From an uncultured delta proteobacterium (lineage in GTDB: Bacteria; Desulfobacterota; BSN033; UBA1163): a stretch of 64,000 nt of DNA. The notes beneath the pieces are model-generated. The model was not told the origin of the DNA. It was given only the letters and a program-made list of their open reading frames with translations, and did not search any database. The position numbers were made by a program, and so were the translations under genes. Below are positions 1-8,865 of this stretch, one piece after another (the stretch's first letter is position 1; the number at the start of each line of letters is the position of its first letter). Location of the stretch: assembly GCA_963731045.1 (NCBI GenBank), contig CAVSVC010000010.1:74630-138629 (forward strand). The letters are read 5' to 3'.

Positions 1-1584
1 GGAAAAGTTGACCGTTTTCGAAACGGCGTTATCCGTAAACTTCTGAAAGGCGGCCTGCATGCGGATATGGTCCTCCGGAGAAATATCATGGGCTGTAACA
101 AAAAGCCGTTTGATCTCCTCCGAAATCCCGTCCAGTCCCTGGAGATGACCCCTCTGGGCGATCTCTTTCATCAGGTCCTCCGAACAAAACCCCTTCTCCT
201 TCGCCAGCGTTTCAAAGAAAGGGTTCACCTCCACGAGGTCCTTCCCGTCCAGAACATTTCGAACAAACGCCAGGGCAAACAGAGGCTCGATTCCGGACGA
301 AGTCCCAGCAATGATGGAGATGGTCCCGGTGGGCGCGATCGTGGTCACCGCCGCATTCCTCATTGCGTCCCATCCATTCTTTAAAACGCTTCGTTCAAAA
401 TTGGGAAACGATCCCCGCTGAAGGGCCAGTTCCCGGGAGGCTTTCCGCCCCCTCTTCTGAATGAAGGCCATCACCTTCTCGCCGATGTCGAGAGCTTCCG
501 GAGAATCATACGGGGCCCTCAACTGGATGAGGAGGTCTGCAAACCCCATCACCCCCAGGCCGATCTTCCGGTTCGACTTGGTCATCGTCTCAATCTCAGG
601 AAGGGTATAGCGATTCATATCGATCACGTTATCCAGAAAATGGACCGCACTCTCCGTCACCGAGCCGAGCTTTTCCCAGTCGATCGCCCCGTCCTTGACC
701 ATGCGGGAGAGGTTGATCGAACCAAGATTACAGGACTCGTATGGAAGCAGGGGTTGCTCCCCGCAGGGGTTCGTGCTCTCAATCTCTCCCAGTTGAGGGG
801 TCGGGTTGTCCCGGTTGATCCGGTCCAGAAAAATGATCCCCGGATCCCCGTTCTTCCAGGCATGAATGGTAATCCGGTCAAAAACATCCCTGGCATCCAG
901 CGAGCGAACAATCTCGCGGGTTCGCGGATTCCGGAGTGCATAGGGGCTGTTCCGTTTCATCGCCTCCATGAACTCCTCGGTCAAGGCCACCGAGATGTTG
1001 AAATTGTTGAAATGGTGGTCCTCTTCCTTGCACCGTATGAAATCGAGGACATCAGGGTGGTCCACCCTGAGAATGCCCATGTTCGCTCCCCTTCGGGTCC
1101 CACCCTGCTTGATGGTCTCGGTGGCCGTGTCGAAAACCCTCATAAAAGAGACCGGACCGCTCGAGATCCCTTGGGTCGAACCGACAACGTCCCTTTTGGG
1201 CCGGATCCTGGAAAAGGAGAAACCGGTCCCTCCTCCGCTTTTTTGAATGAGCGCCATCTGCTTGACGGAATCGAAGATCTCTTCCATGGAATCGCCCACC
1301 GGAAGCACAAAACAGGCAGAGAGCTGCTGGAGTTCTCTCCCCGCATTCATCAGGGTGGGAGAATTGGGCAGAAAGTCGAGGGAGGCCATGAGAGCATAGA
1401 ACTCCTCCTCGGTCTGTCGAAGATCGCACTTGGGAGGGTAGAGGCCGTCCGCCTCGGCAATGTTTCCGGCCACCCGGCGGAAAAGCTCCTCCGGCGTCTC
1501 CTGCACGTTGCCCTGGGCATCGTGTTTGAAGTACCTTTTTTCCAGAACAGTTATGGCATTCTGTGTAAGAGTAACGGATCCCAT
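1..1584 (-). CDS. nrdJ: Adenosylcobalamin-dependent (class II) ribonucleotide reductase, first 528 codons; the 3' end lies beyond the window edge
   Basis: Absent from the ORF track because it runs off the window. My minus-strand translation from ATG 1584 (SD GGAGGGAAAG) gives [19 protein letters not shown]...[13 protein letters not shown]...[14 protein letters not shown]...[23 protein letters not shown]...[13 protein letters not shown] and stays open to base 1. The + ORF 640..1689 is its antisense shadow. Confidence 0.9.
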   Translation of the reverse strand, partial: MGSVTLTQNAITVLEKRYFKHDAQGNVQETPEELFRRVAGNIAEADGLYPPKCDLRQTEEEFYALMASLDFLPNSPTLMNAGRELQQLSACFVLPVGDSMEEIFDSVKQMALIQKSGGGTGFSFSRIRPKRDVVGSTQGISSGPVSFMRVFDTATETIKQGGTRRGANMGILRVDHPDVLDFIRCKEEDHHFNNFNISVALTEEFMEAMKRNSPYALRNPRTREIVRSLDARDVFDRITIHAWKNGDPGIIFLDRINRDNPTPQLGEIESTNPCGEQPLLPYESCNLGSINLSRMVKDGAIDWEKLGSVTESAVHFLDNVIDMNRYTLPEIETMTKSNRKIGLGVMGFADLLIQLRAPYDSPEALDIGEKVMAFIQKRGRKASRELALQRGSFPNFERSVLKNGWDAMRNAAVTTIAPTGTISIIAGTSSGIEPLFALAFVRNVLDGKDLVEVNPFFETLAKEKGFCSEDLMKEIAQRGHLQGLDGISEEIKRLFVTAHDISPEDHIRMQAAFQKFTDNAVSKTVNFS

Positions 1585-1696
1585 CTTTCCCTCCTGACAG
1601 GCTGTCGAATAAACCTCCTACCTGCAGTGGGTCCACCACGATTGCAACAGGGCGTTCTTGATCAGCCTGAAAAAAAACGATTCTCTTAGGAATGAG

Positions 1697-1749
1697 CTAC
1701 TAAATGTTGCGGTCAACAAAAAGATTAGCACAATATTTTGTGTTGTCAA
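1697..1749 (-). promoter_or_regulatory. nrdJ promoter with tandem NrdR boxes
   Basis: The minus strand reads TTGACA(1749-1744)-ACACAAAATATTGTGC(1743-1728)-TAATCT(1727-1722). The 16-nt spacer matches the NrdR-box consensus acaCwAtATaTwGtgt at 14/16. A weaker box CCGCAACATTTAGTAG (1712-1697, 10/16, core positions kept) lies 31 bp downstream, which is the usual tandem spacing. Confidence 0.55.
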
Positions 1750-1825
1750 TACCCAATCTGCAAACGGGCTTTATTAGCCTACAATTGTCGATGGAGAACC
1801 GCCAAAGGAAGCGCAACGCGAAGGT

Positions 1826-2554
1826 TCAGCCGCCGAGGTAGAGCTTGCGGACGTCCGGATTGTGGAGCAGATCATGACCTCTTCCCTCGTACCGGTTATT
1901 TCCCATTTCAAGGACATAAGCGTAATCGGAGTATTCGAGGGCCATTGCAGCCTTCTGTTCCACTACAAGGCAGGGAATGCCGGTCTTCTTAATCTCCACA
2001 ATCTTATCAAATACGGTCTTGACCATTTTGGGGGAAAGACCGAGAGAGGGCTCGTCCAGAAGGAGGAGCTTGGGCTGAATCATCAAAGCCCTTGCCAGGG
2101 AAAGCATCTGCTGCTCGCCCCCGCTCATCTGTTTGGCCTTTCTACTTTTATTCTCCATCAACCAGGGAAAGAGCGTCTGGACCCGGTCGAGGGATCTCTC
2201 TTTCTCGAGCCGATCCTTGATCGTCCATGCCCCCATTTCCAGGTGCTCCTGGATAGTCATGTCGGGGAAGACAACCCTTCCCTGCGGATTGAAGGCCAGA
2301 CCTTTCTCCACCACTCTATAAGGCGGGTGGTTTGTGATCTCTTCTTCCAGGAAGACGACTTTCCCCGAACGGACCGGCAGAAGACCTGCCGCGACCTTGA
2401 GCACCGTCGACTTGCCGGCTCCATTGGGGCCGATGAGCGCGACGATCTCGCCTTTCCGCACGGAGACGGAAACTCCGTGAAGGATCTCCATCTTCCCATA
2501 GCCTGCAACCAGGCTCTCAACGGACAGGATAGGTTGATCTTCTCTCTCTGTCAT
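1826..2554 (-). CDS. livF: Branched-chain amino-acid ABC transporter ATP-binding protein, LivF type
   Basis: ORF 1826..2656 has Walker A GPNGAGKST, signature MSGGEQQML and Walker B LLLLDEPS. I moved the start to ATG 2554, which overlaps the livG stop (ATGA). Confidence 0.9.
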   Translation of the reverse strand: MTEREDQPILSVESLVAGYGKMEILHGVSVSVRKGEIVALIGPNGAGKSTVLKVAAGLLPVRSGKVVFLEEEITNHPPYRVVEKGLAFNPQGRVVFPDMTIQEHLEMGAWTIKDRLEKERSLDRVQTLFPWLMENKSRKAKQMSGGEQQMLSLARALMIQPKLLLLDEPSLGLSPKMVKTVFDKIVEIKKTGIPCLVVEQKAAMALEYSDYAYVLEMGNNRYEGRGHDLLHNPDVRKLYLGG

Positions 2555-3263
2555 CTTCCGAAATAATGTTCGAGCAGGAGTTCGTTCTTCTGAATCTCGC
2601 TGCAGCTCCCTTCGGCAATCTTCTGCCCGTAGTTGAGGGCCACGGCAGTCTGACAATGGTCCATGATGACATTCATGTCGTGCTCGACGATGATAAAGGT
2701 CTTTCCTTCCCGGTTCAACGCATGGATCAATTCCATCAACTCGTTCTGAAGCGTGGGATTGATGCCGGCCGCCGGTTCATCGAGAAGGACGACCTCCGCA
2801 TCAAGCATCAGGACCTGGGCAAGGGAAAGAAGCTTCTGCTGGCCGAACGAGAGATCCGAGGCATAGGCATCCTTCTTCTCCACAAGTTTGACGAGCTGGA
2901 GAAGGTCCATGGCCTTCTCAGCAACCTTCTTCTCCTTCCCTCTCCCGACAACGATCAGGTTCTCGAGGAGGGTCATTTTCGGGAAAATCCGGATGAGCTG
3001 GTAGGTTCGAACGATTCCCCTGCGGGCGATTTCGTACGGCTTCTTTCCGCGTGATCTCTTTCCCCTTTGAAATAGATCTGTCCTGAATCGGGTCGCAGGA
3101 CCCCTGTGATGAGGTTGAAGAGCGTGGTCTTCCCGGCTCCGTTAGGGCCGATCAGCCCGGTGATGGATCCGGGCTCAAAGTCGATGAAACAATGGTCAAC
3201 AGCCATCAGTTCGCCGAACTTCTTGACCACGTCCACAATCTTGAGTATGGGTTCCCTTGCCAT
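2551..3263 (-). pseudogene. livG: LivG-type ABC ATP-binding protein, frame broken once (apparent 1-nt deletion near 3047-3050)
   Basis: ORF 2973..3263 carries the N-terminus with Walker A GPNGAGKTT. ORF 2551..2976 carries the rest (LSFGQQKLL, VLLLDEPAAG). The second frame reads KKPYEIARRGIVRTYQLIRIFPKMTLLENL upstream of its own ATG, so the two ORFs are one gene. Confidence 0.85.
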
Positions 3264-3304
3264 CCTTCCGCTTTCAGTTTTGAATTTTGAGTCTTAAATT
3301 TTGA

Positions 3305-3520
3305 AATCTAGACTTCACGCTCACGGATCACTCTGTTTTTTCTGCCTGCTGCCCCTTCGATCTCGCTCAGGGCAGGCTTCTGCTTTCTGCTTATTTCTTC
3401 TCTTTGCCTCACTGATAACTGATCACTGATGACTCTGTTTATTCTGCTTTCTGCCTACTGCCTTCATCTTTCTTGGGTTTACTGATCATTGATCACTGAT
3501 AACTTTATTTTGCCTGCCTG
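3305..3520. repeat. Repeat-laden 257-bp spacer inside the liv operon: three degenerate 35-55-bp units plus a GC hairpin
   Basis: The units at about 3322-3353, 3410-3462 and 3480-3520 share ..CACTGAT(A/G)AC..T(G)TTTATT(C)TGC..TGCCT(A/G)CTGC. They contain stacked TGATCA/GATC motifs. Hairpin GCCTGCTGCCC...GGGCAGGC lies at 3344-3377. Confidence 0.55.
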
Positions 3521-4471
3521 CTATATTTTCCGGGTTCTTGGCAATATCCCCCTTTCCTTCATCCAGCCCAGCAGCCCCTGCGGGAAAAAGAGGATCAGGG
3601 CCATCAGGATTCCTCCGAAGATCGCCATATAGAGCAGCGTCAGCTCCGACCACAGGACCTCATGGATGAGCGTAAACAGGGTTGCCCCGAGGATCGGGCC
3701 AAAGACCGTCCCAACCCCGCCGAAAAGCGCCATCACGATGGGGGTAAGCGTCAGGTGGATGCTGAAGGCAAAGGACGGATCGATGTAATTCTGATACGTG
3801 AAGTGGATGGCTCCGGCCAGGCCGACGAGAAAAGCGCTGAGGACAAAGGCCAGGATCTTATCCCGGGTGGTGTGGATCCCCAGGGTCTCCGCTGCCTGTT
3901 CATCTTCACGAATCGCCATCAGGCGAAGACCGAACTTGGACGATACGACCTGATAGCAGATCACCAGTGAAACAACGGCAAGCAGGAGAATCGCCCAGTA
4001 AAGCGTTGGGAGTCTGATCCCCGCGACAAAGGGGACTCCCTCTCCTCCATGCGTGATCGGCGAAAGATACTCCGTGCCGAAGAATTCCCTTGTGCCCTCT
4101 GTCAAAGCCACCATGGAGATGGCAAAATAGACCCCCTTGATCCGGAGCAGAATATATCCGACCCCGATGGAGACCATTGCGATGAGGATGGCCCCAATGG
4201 GCCAGGCAACGACCCAGGGGACACCGTAGTCGGCAATCAGGAGGCTGCTCGTATACCCGCTCACACCGATAAACCAGGCCAGGCCGAAATTCGTGTACCC
4301 GGTCAGACCCGAGAACACATTCCATCCCGACGCATAGACGCTGTAGATCAGGATGAGCACCAGAAGGGTGATCCAGTAATCGGAGGCAAAGAAGGGAATC
4401 GCGATGAGAAAAATCATCAGGACAACGATTCCAATCCGAAGAAGGGTTTTATTCTCTAAGAACGTCTTCAT
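3521..4471 (-). CDS. livM: Branched-chain amino-acid ABC permease, LivM type
   Basis: ORF 3521..4837 is a polytopic membrane protein. I moved the start to ATG 4471 (MKTFLENKTLL...), which overlaps the livH stop (ATGA). The upstream part of the ORF overlaps livH in another frame. Confidence 0.9.
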   Translation of the reverse strand: MKTFLENKTLLRIGIVVLMIFLIAIPFFASDYWITLLVLILIYSVYASGWNVFSGLTGYTNFGLAWFIGVSGYTSSLLIADYGVPWVVAWPIGAILIAMVSIGVGYILLRIKGVYFAISMVALTEGTREFFGTEYLSPITHGGEGVPFVAGIRLPTLYWAILLLAVVSLVICYQVVSSKFGLRLMAIREDEQAAETLGIHTTRDKILAFVLSAFLVGLAGAIHFTYQNYIDPSFAFSIHLTLTPIVMALFGGVGTVFGPILGATLFTLIHEVLWSELTLLYMAIFGGILMALILFFPQGLLGWMKERGILPRTRKI

Positions 4472-5319
4472 TTCTTGAAAAGTCCTGTCGGTCTGAAGAG
4501 AAGAATGATCAGGATCGTCACCGAGGGAATGATCTGAGCCATCTTGGCGCTCATATATTGAGTGACCACGGCCTCCAGGATGCCGATGATCAGCCCCCCG
4601 GCCAGGGCCCCCTGGATATTTCCCAGACCCCCCAGGACGACAATGGCAAACGCCTTTGAGACGTAGCTTCCTCCCATCTGAGGAAAGATCACCCACTGCA
4701 GGCTGACGATGGCCCCTGCCGCGCCAGCCAGGGCAATTCCCATTCCGAAGGTCAGCATCCTCATTCTCATGGTGTTGATCCCGCACACCAGGGCCACCTC
4801 CGAGTTCTGAGAAGTGGCCCGGATGGCCTTGCCCCACTTGGAGTACTTCAGAAAGAGAAAGAGCGCCGCCGTGATCCCGATGGCCAGGCCAAAGGAGGCT
4901 GTTTTGCTCTTGCCGAAGACCAGCCCCATGATGGGAAAGCTGCCAGTCAGATAAGAGATAGACCGGTAGGTATTCGTCCAGAAGAACTGGGCCAGATTCC
5001 AGATCAGAATGGACATCCCGAAGGTGAGGATCAGGGCCGAAAGCTCGTGCTCCTTGATGAGCCGTTCCGTAATCCGTCCGTGGATCACCACCCCGAAGAA
5101 AAAGAAGATGGGGACGGCAAGGACCACGGAGAGAAGGGGGTTGAGGTGGAGAAGGCTGAAGGCCCAGAAGGCGAAGTAGGCACCGAGCATGACAAACTCG
5201 CCGTGGGCGATATTGACGATCCCCACCACTCCCCAGACCAGGGTCAAGCCCATGCCCACGAGGGCATAGACCGACCCCAGCATCAATCCCCGAATCAGGA
5301 TTTCGACGAAATTGAGCAT
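4468..5319 (-). CDS. livH: Branched-chain amino-acid ABC permease, LivH type
   Basis: ORF 4468..5319, 283 aa, hydrophobic. The N-terminus MLNFVEILIRGLMLGSVYALVGMGLTLVWG is typical of LivH. Confidence 0.9.
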   Translation of the reverse strand: MLNFVEILIRGLMLGSVYALVGMGLTLVWGVVGIVNIAHGEFVMLGAYFAFWAFSLLHLNPLLSVVLAVPIFFFFGVVIHGRITERLIKEHELSALILTFGMSILIWNLAQFFWTNTYRSISYLTGSFPIMGLVFGKSKTASFGLAIGITAALFLFLKYSKWGKAIRATSQNSEVALVCGINTMRMRMLTFGMGIALAGAAGAIVSLQWVIFPQMGGSYVSKAFAIVVLGGLGNIQGALAGGLIIGILEAVVTQYMSAKMAQIIPSVTILIILLFRPTGLFKK

Positions 5320-5432
5320 AGAACCATGGAATAGTGGAACGATGGAATGTTGGGCAAGAAAATGGAATTCAATTCTGAAAAAGAAACTTGAATCATGATT
5401 CCATCAATCCAATATTCCATTCTTCCAGTGTC
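5320..5432. repeat. Intercistronic TGGAAT/ATTCCA repeat cluster between the binding-protein gene and livH
   Basis: There are four forward TGGAA(T/C) copies (5325-5375) and at least two inverted ATTCCA copies (5398-5422). Together they can fold into long imperfect hairpins on the operon transcript. Confidence 0.45.
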
Positions 5433-6761
5433 TTACTTGCTCCATCCCGGGAAAGGATAGACGGCGTCCGCCGTTTTCATCCCTTTGGGATAAACGATCT
5501 GTTTGATCATCCCTTCAACGGCCACCTGGCTGGGAAGCAGCTTCTTCCCTTCGGCCTTCTGCCACTGGATCAGGTTTGTCGCCTTGCCCACCTGCAACCC
5601 CGAATCCGGACTTCCGAGGGGAGCGATTTCGTACTCGCCGAAGACGGTCGTGGTCTTAATCGAGTACAATTTGTCCCGGATCGCCTTCTTATCTTCCGCA
5701 GAACCGACTTCTTTCATGGCCCGCTCCAGGATCTGTCCCGCTGCGAAACCCGCCGCGGCGTGATAAGAAGGTTCCCCTTTGAACTCCTTCAGATACGCCC
5801 TGTAGAAATCCTGGTTCCCCGGTGTCTTGCTGAAGGGCTCCCAAAAGGTCTCTCCAGTCACATACAGGCCATCGAGTTTCAAGGACTTTGCAAAATCGCC
5901 GATGGCCGGTCCCACGAGGAATCCGAACAGTTTCGGAGTCGCGTTGATGGCCTTCGCCGCTTTGGTCACGCCGATCGAATCGGGAAGATAGCCTCCCCCC
6001 ATAAGGATATCGGGTTTCTGAGACCAGGCTTTCGACACAATGGGTTCCCAGTCCGCCGTCTCTTTCGGATAGGCCTCATCCAGGACAACCTGCATCCCCA
6101 TCTCTTTCGCCTTTGCAACGAGGGGTTTCATGGCCCCGATGGGAAACGCCGTGTCCGAATAGATGAAGGCCACGCTCTTCGCGCCCTTCTCCTTTCCGAT
6201 ATCGAGGCACCCGTAGAGGTTCTTCCAGGCCAGAGGCAGGATACCGACAAACCACTCCCTCTTCTTTCCTTCCCAGATGACAGGCGCATTGGCCAGGGGC
6301 GTAATGATCGGCATCTGGTATTGCTCCGCCAGCGGAGCAATGGCATTCGACGCACCGCTTCCGTACGGGCCGAGGATCAAATCCACCTTATCCGAGACCA
6401 CGAGCTTCCGAACCAGCTTCACCGCCTCGCTGGGATCGCTCTTGTCGTCATAGACCACGAATTCCACCGGACGTCCAAGGAGCCCGGGACCCGAACAGCC
6501 CAGTTTCTCAACCTCTCCGAAGGTGCAACCCTTTTCATTGATAATCTTCCCCCAGAGTTTGTATCCCCCCACTTCCAGCTCGCCTTCCCTGGCCATGGCG
6601 CCGGTCAGGGAGATGGCGACGCCGATCTTGATGGGCGGTTTGGTCTGGGCAAAGACCCTCTTCCTCGCAAGGCTTCCCATGCCGAGGACCGCAGCCCCGA
6701 GCACGCTCTTCTTCATGAAATCCCTTCGGCTCCACTCTCTCTTCGCGCTCTTTTCCCTCAT
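5433..6761 (-). CDS. Periplasmic branched-chain amino-acid (LivJ/K family) binding protein with a Tat-type signal
   Basis: ORF 5433..6761. Twin-arginine motif SRRDFMKKSVLGAAVLGMGSLA, then IKIGVAISLTGAMA, which is typical of type I periplasmic binding proteins. It heads the liv operon. Confidence 0.88.
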   Translation of the reverse strand: MREKSAKREWSRRDFMKKSVLGAAVLGMGSLARKRVFAQTKPPIKIGVAISLTGAMAREGELEVGGYKLWGKIINEKGCTFGEVEKLGCSGPGLLGRPVEFVVYDDKSDPSEAVKLVRKLVVSDKVDLILGPYGSGASNAIAPLAEQYQMPIITPLANAPVIWEGKKREWFVGILPLAWKNLYGCLDIGKEKGAKSVAFIYSDTAFPIGAMKPLVAKAKEMGMQVVLDEAYPKETADWEPIVSKAWSQKPDILMGGGYLPDSIGVTKAAKAINATPKLFGFLVGPAIGDFAKSLKLDGLYVTGETFWEPFSKTPGNQDFYRAYLKEFKGEPSYHAAAGFAAGQILERAMKEVGSAEDKKAIRDKLYSIKTTTVFGEYEIAPLGSPDSGLQVGKATNLIQWQKAEGKKLLPSQVAVEGMIKQIVYPKGMKTADAVYPFPGWSK

Positions 6762-6812
6762 CTCCGTAATCCCCCTTTCTTGAATGACTCCACTCTGATC
6801 TTCCCAAACTTA

Positions 6813-8219
6813 TCAGACTACCCTCTCCTTTGTCAATCCTCCGCGGCGGTCCCGCCATAGGGACGCAAGGGTCCCGCCAAGGCATAGGACGGTAAATACG
6901 ACGAAAGCGATTCTTGCACTTCTGATAAATTGCGGGTAGGACGCAGGGGTCATCTGGGACCGTCCCATGCACAAAGAAAAAATCAACATCGTCATTCCCA
7001 TACTGAAGGTCATCCCCGTCGTCCGCATCGTCCCGAGAATGCCTGAAGCCACACCGTAGAACCTTTTCTCCACAGATCTCATGACGGCATTCGTATTGGG
7101 GGACGAGAACAGGGCAAAACCGAAACCGAGGAGGACCAGGTTGCCGATAATGAGAACGATTCCCGTTCTTTCGCCCAGGAAAGCGAAAAGAAGAAGCCCC
7201 ACAGCGCTGATCGCCATTCCGATGGAGGCAACGATATGGGGCTCCATCCGATCCGAAAGCCTGCCGGCAAAGGGAGAAAAGATCGTCTGGACTACGGGCT
7301 GAGAAAGCAGAATCAAGCCTGCCTGCTGGGGATTAAACCCTTTGATGAATTGCAGGTAAAGACTGAGAAGAAACGTGACCGCAAACGTGGCACTGTAATT
7401 GATCAGAGCGGCAAGGTTGGAGAAGGCAAAACCCTTGTTCTTTCGGAAGAGATCGATGTTGAAAATGGGACTCTTCGACCTCATTTCCCATTTTGCAAAG
7501 ACGAAAAAACCGAGGGCGCTGAGGCCGATCAGGCAGGCCCCCTTGATCGCAGGGAGCTGCGACAGGCCGACCATGAGGCTCACCAGCGCCATGCCGTAAA
7601 GGCCCGCTCCCGGGAAGTCGAAGGCCTCCCCTTTCGCTTCGGTCCAGTCCCCTTTCACCTTCCACAGGGTGAGAAAAATGACAGGGAGTCCAAGGGGAAT
7701 GTTGATCAGGAAGACGCTCCGCCAACCCAAAGAGTGGGTGAGAAGCCCTCCGAAGAAGGGCCCGCATGAAAGTCCCCCGTAAACGGCGGCAACGTTGATC
7801 CCCAGGACCTTTCCTCTCTCCTCGGCGGGGAAGATCGATGTGACGATCGCCAGGGCCGTGGTGAAGATCATGGCTCCCCCGATCCCCTGGATCACACGGG
7901 TAAGAATTAGGAAAAAGGGCGACATGGCCATGGCTGCGAGAAGAGAGGCAAAGGCGTAGGTGATGGATCCGTAAAGGAATAACCTCTTTCTCCCGGAAAT
8001 ATCCGCAATCCTCCCGAACGGGATCTGTAAAATGGCAAGGGTCAAGAGATAAGAGCTTGTCACCCACCCCAGCAGGATGGCATCCATGGCGAACTCTTTC
8101 CCGATGGAAGGCAGGGCAATGTGAATGGACGACCCCGTGAAGGCAATCAAGAACGACCCGAGCGTCGTCACAAGGAGGACAGGTTTCCTGTTGGAAAGGT
8201 CTTCATTTAACGCCGTCAT
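6813..8219 (-). CDS. MFS transporter, DHA2/EmrB-like (about 14 TM segments)
   Basis: ORF 6813..8318. MFS motif GRIADISGRKRLFL and many hydrophobic helices. The start is probably ATG 8219 (MTALNEDLSNRKPV...). Confidence 0.85.
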   Translation of the reverse strand: MTALNEDLSNRKPVLLVTTLGSFLIAFTGSSIHIALPSIGKEFAMDAILLGWVTSSYLLTLAILQIPFGRIADISGRKRLFLYGSITYAFASLLAAMAMSPFFLILTRVIQGIGGAMIFTTALAIVTSIFPAEERGKVLGINVAAVYGGLSCGPFFGGLLTHSLGWRSVFLINIPLGLPVIFLTLWKVKGDWTEAKGEAFDFPGAGLYGMALVSLMVGLSQLPAIKGACLIGLSALGFFVFAKWEMRSKSPIFNIDLFRKNKGFAFSNLAALINYSATFAVTFLLSLYLQFIKGFNPQQAGLILLSQPVVQTIFSPFAGRLSDRMEPHIVASIGMAISAVGLLLFAFLGERTGIVLIIGNLVLLGFGFALFSSPNTNAVMRSVEKRFYGVASGILGTMRTTGMTFSMGMTMLIFSLCMGRSQMTPASYPQFIRSARIAFVVFTVLCLGGTLASLWRDRRGGLTKERVV

Positions 8220-8512
8220 GGAGTTCGTATCCTTTTCAACGCCTCTGCGCGGTTTTATCATGACAGAACCATAACAGATCTTCCAGCCCGGGTAAACAGA
8301 ATTTCTGCGGGATTTCAATTATGGCTCTTCGGGGTTTTGCGAGATGTCGGCCTGGAGTAGACCTGTCCGCCCTGCATACGCAGACAGGGGGCGAGGGGGA
8401 GTTAGATTCTTTTCGGGGGGAGTAAAGGGGAGGGATAAAGTGCCGGAACCCGCTGAAAAGCCGGAAGGACCTTCTTTCTTTTTTCGATGTCCTCTTCGGT
8501 TCGCAGGGGATG

Positions 8513-8590
8513 AAAAAATTCCAGGGCCTGATCATCTCTCTCAGCCGACTGAAGGGATCAGGGGTGGCTTATTTATGCCAGGCCCTGGAA
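8513..8590 (-). terminator. Long-stem rho-independent terminator closing the signalling operon
   Basis: Perfect 12-bp arms TTCCAGGGCCTG (8519-8530) and CAGGCCCTGGAA (8579-8590), with an inner hairpin CTGATC..GATCAG. On the minus strand the stem is followed by T6 (8518-8513). It starts 8 nt after the HTH gene stop. Confidence 0.6.
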
Positions 8591-8597
8591 TCACAAC

Positions 8598-8783
8598 TCA
8601 CCCTTGGTTCCATCTCTTTGCCTTCTTGATCGCTTCCGTAATCTCGTCCATATCAAAACGCCAGGAGTCTCCGATCTTGAACCCCGGAAGTTCCCCGGTC
8701 GAGGCCAACTTATAGATCGTGGATTCAGAAAGCTTTAAGAACTGGCTGAGTTCTTTCGCAGTGACAATGCTCCCCATCTTCAC
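8598..8783 (-). CDS. 61-aa excisionase/MerR-type helix-turn-helix DNA-binding protein
   Basis: ORF 8598..8783. VTAKELSQFLKLSESTIYKLASTGELPGFKIGDSWRF matches the HTH_17 / excisionase-family DNA-binding pattern. No integrase is nearby. Confidence 0.8.
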   Translation of the reverse strand: MKMGSIVTAKELSQFLKLSESTIYKLASTGELPGFKIGDSWRFDMDEITEAIKKAKRWNQG

Positions 8784-8865
8784 TCCTCTCGGGGTTGGTT
8801 TCTTTTTGATTTCTCAGTCCGGCTCTAAAGAAGAACACCCCCCTTATCCTGCCGACCCCTCTTGC

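Noticed and set aside
640-1689. 349-aa + strand ORF, together with many other long ORFs of the same kind. Examples: 5388..6860 +, 11228..11983 +, 12260..13435 +, 13634..14455 +, 29172..29993 +, 29825..30673 +, 31747..32604 +, 42836..43843 -, 50596..51759 -, 55029..56105 -, 57951..59087 -, 60043..60861 -.
   Set aside because: Each lies antisense to a gene with clear family motifs (nrdJ, the liv binding protein, kinase, SBP, ilvA, btuD, btuF, nadD, nrdD, mutT/hypothetical, Nramp, panE/panB). They have the Arg/Gly/Pro/Leu-rich look of shadow frames in GC-rich DNA and no recognisable motifs.
8598-8783. The excisionase-family HTH as a marker of a prophage or integrative element.
   Set aside because: There is no integrase, att-like repeats, phage genes or compositional break nearby. 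It ends a signalling operon and is more likely a small transcription factor.
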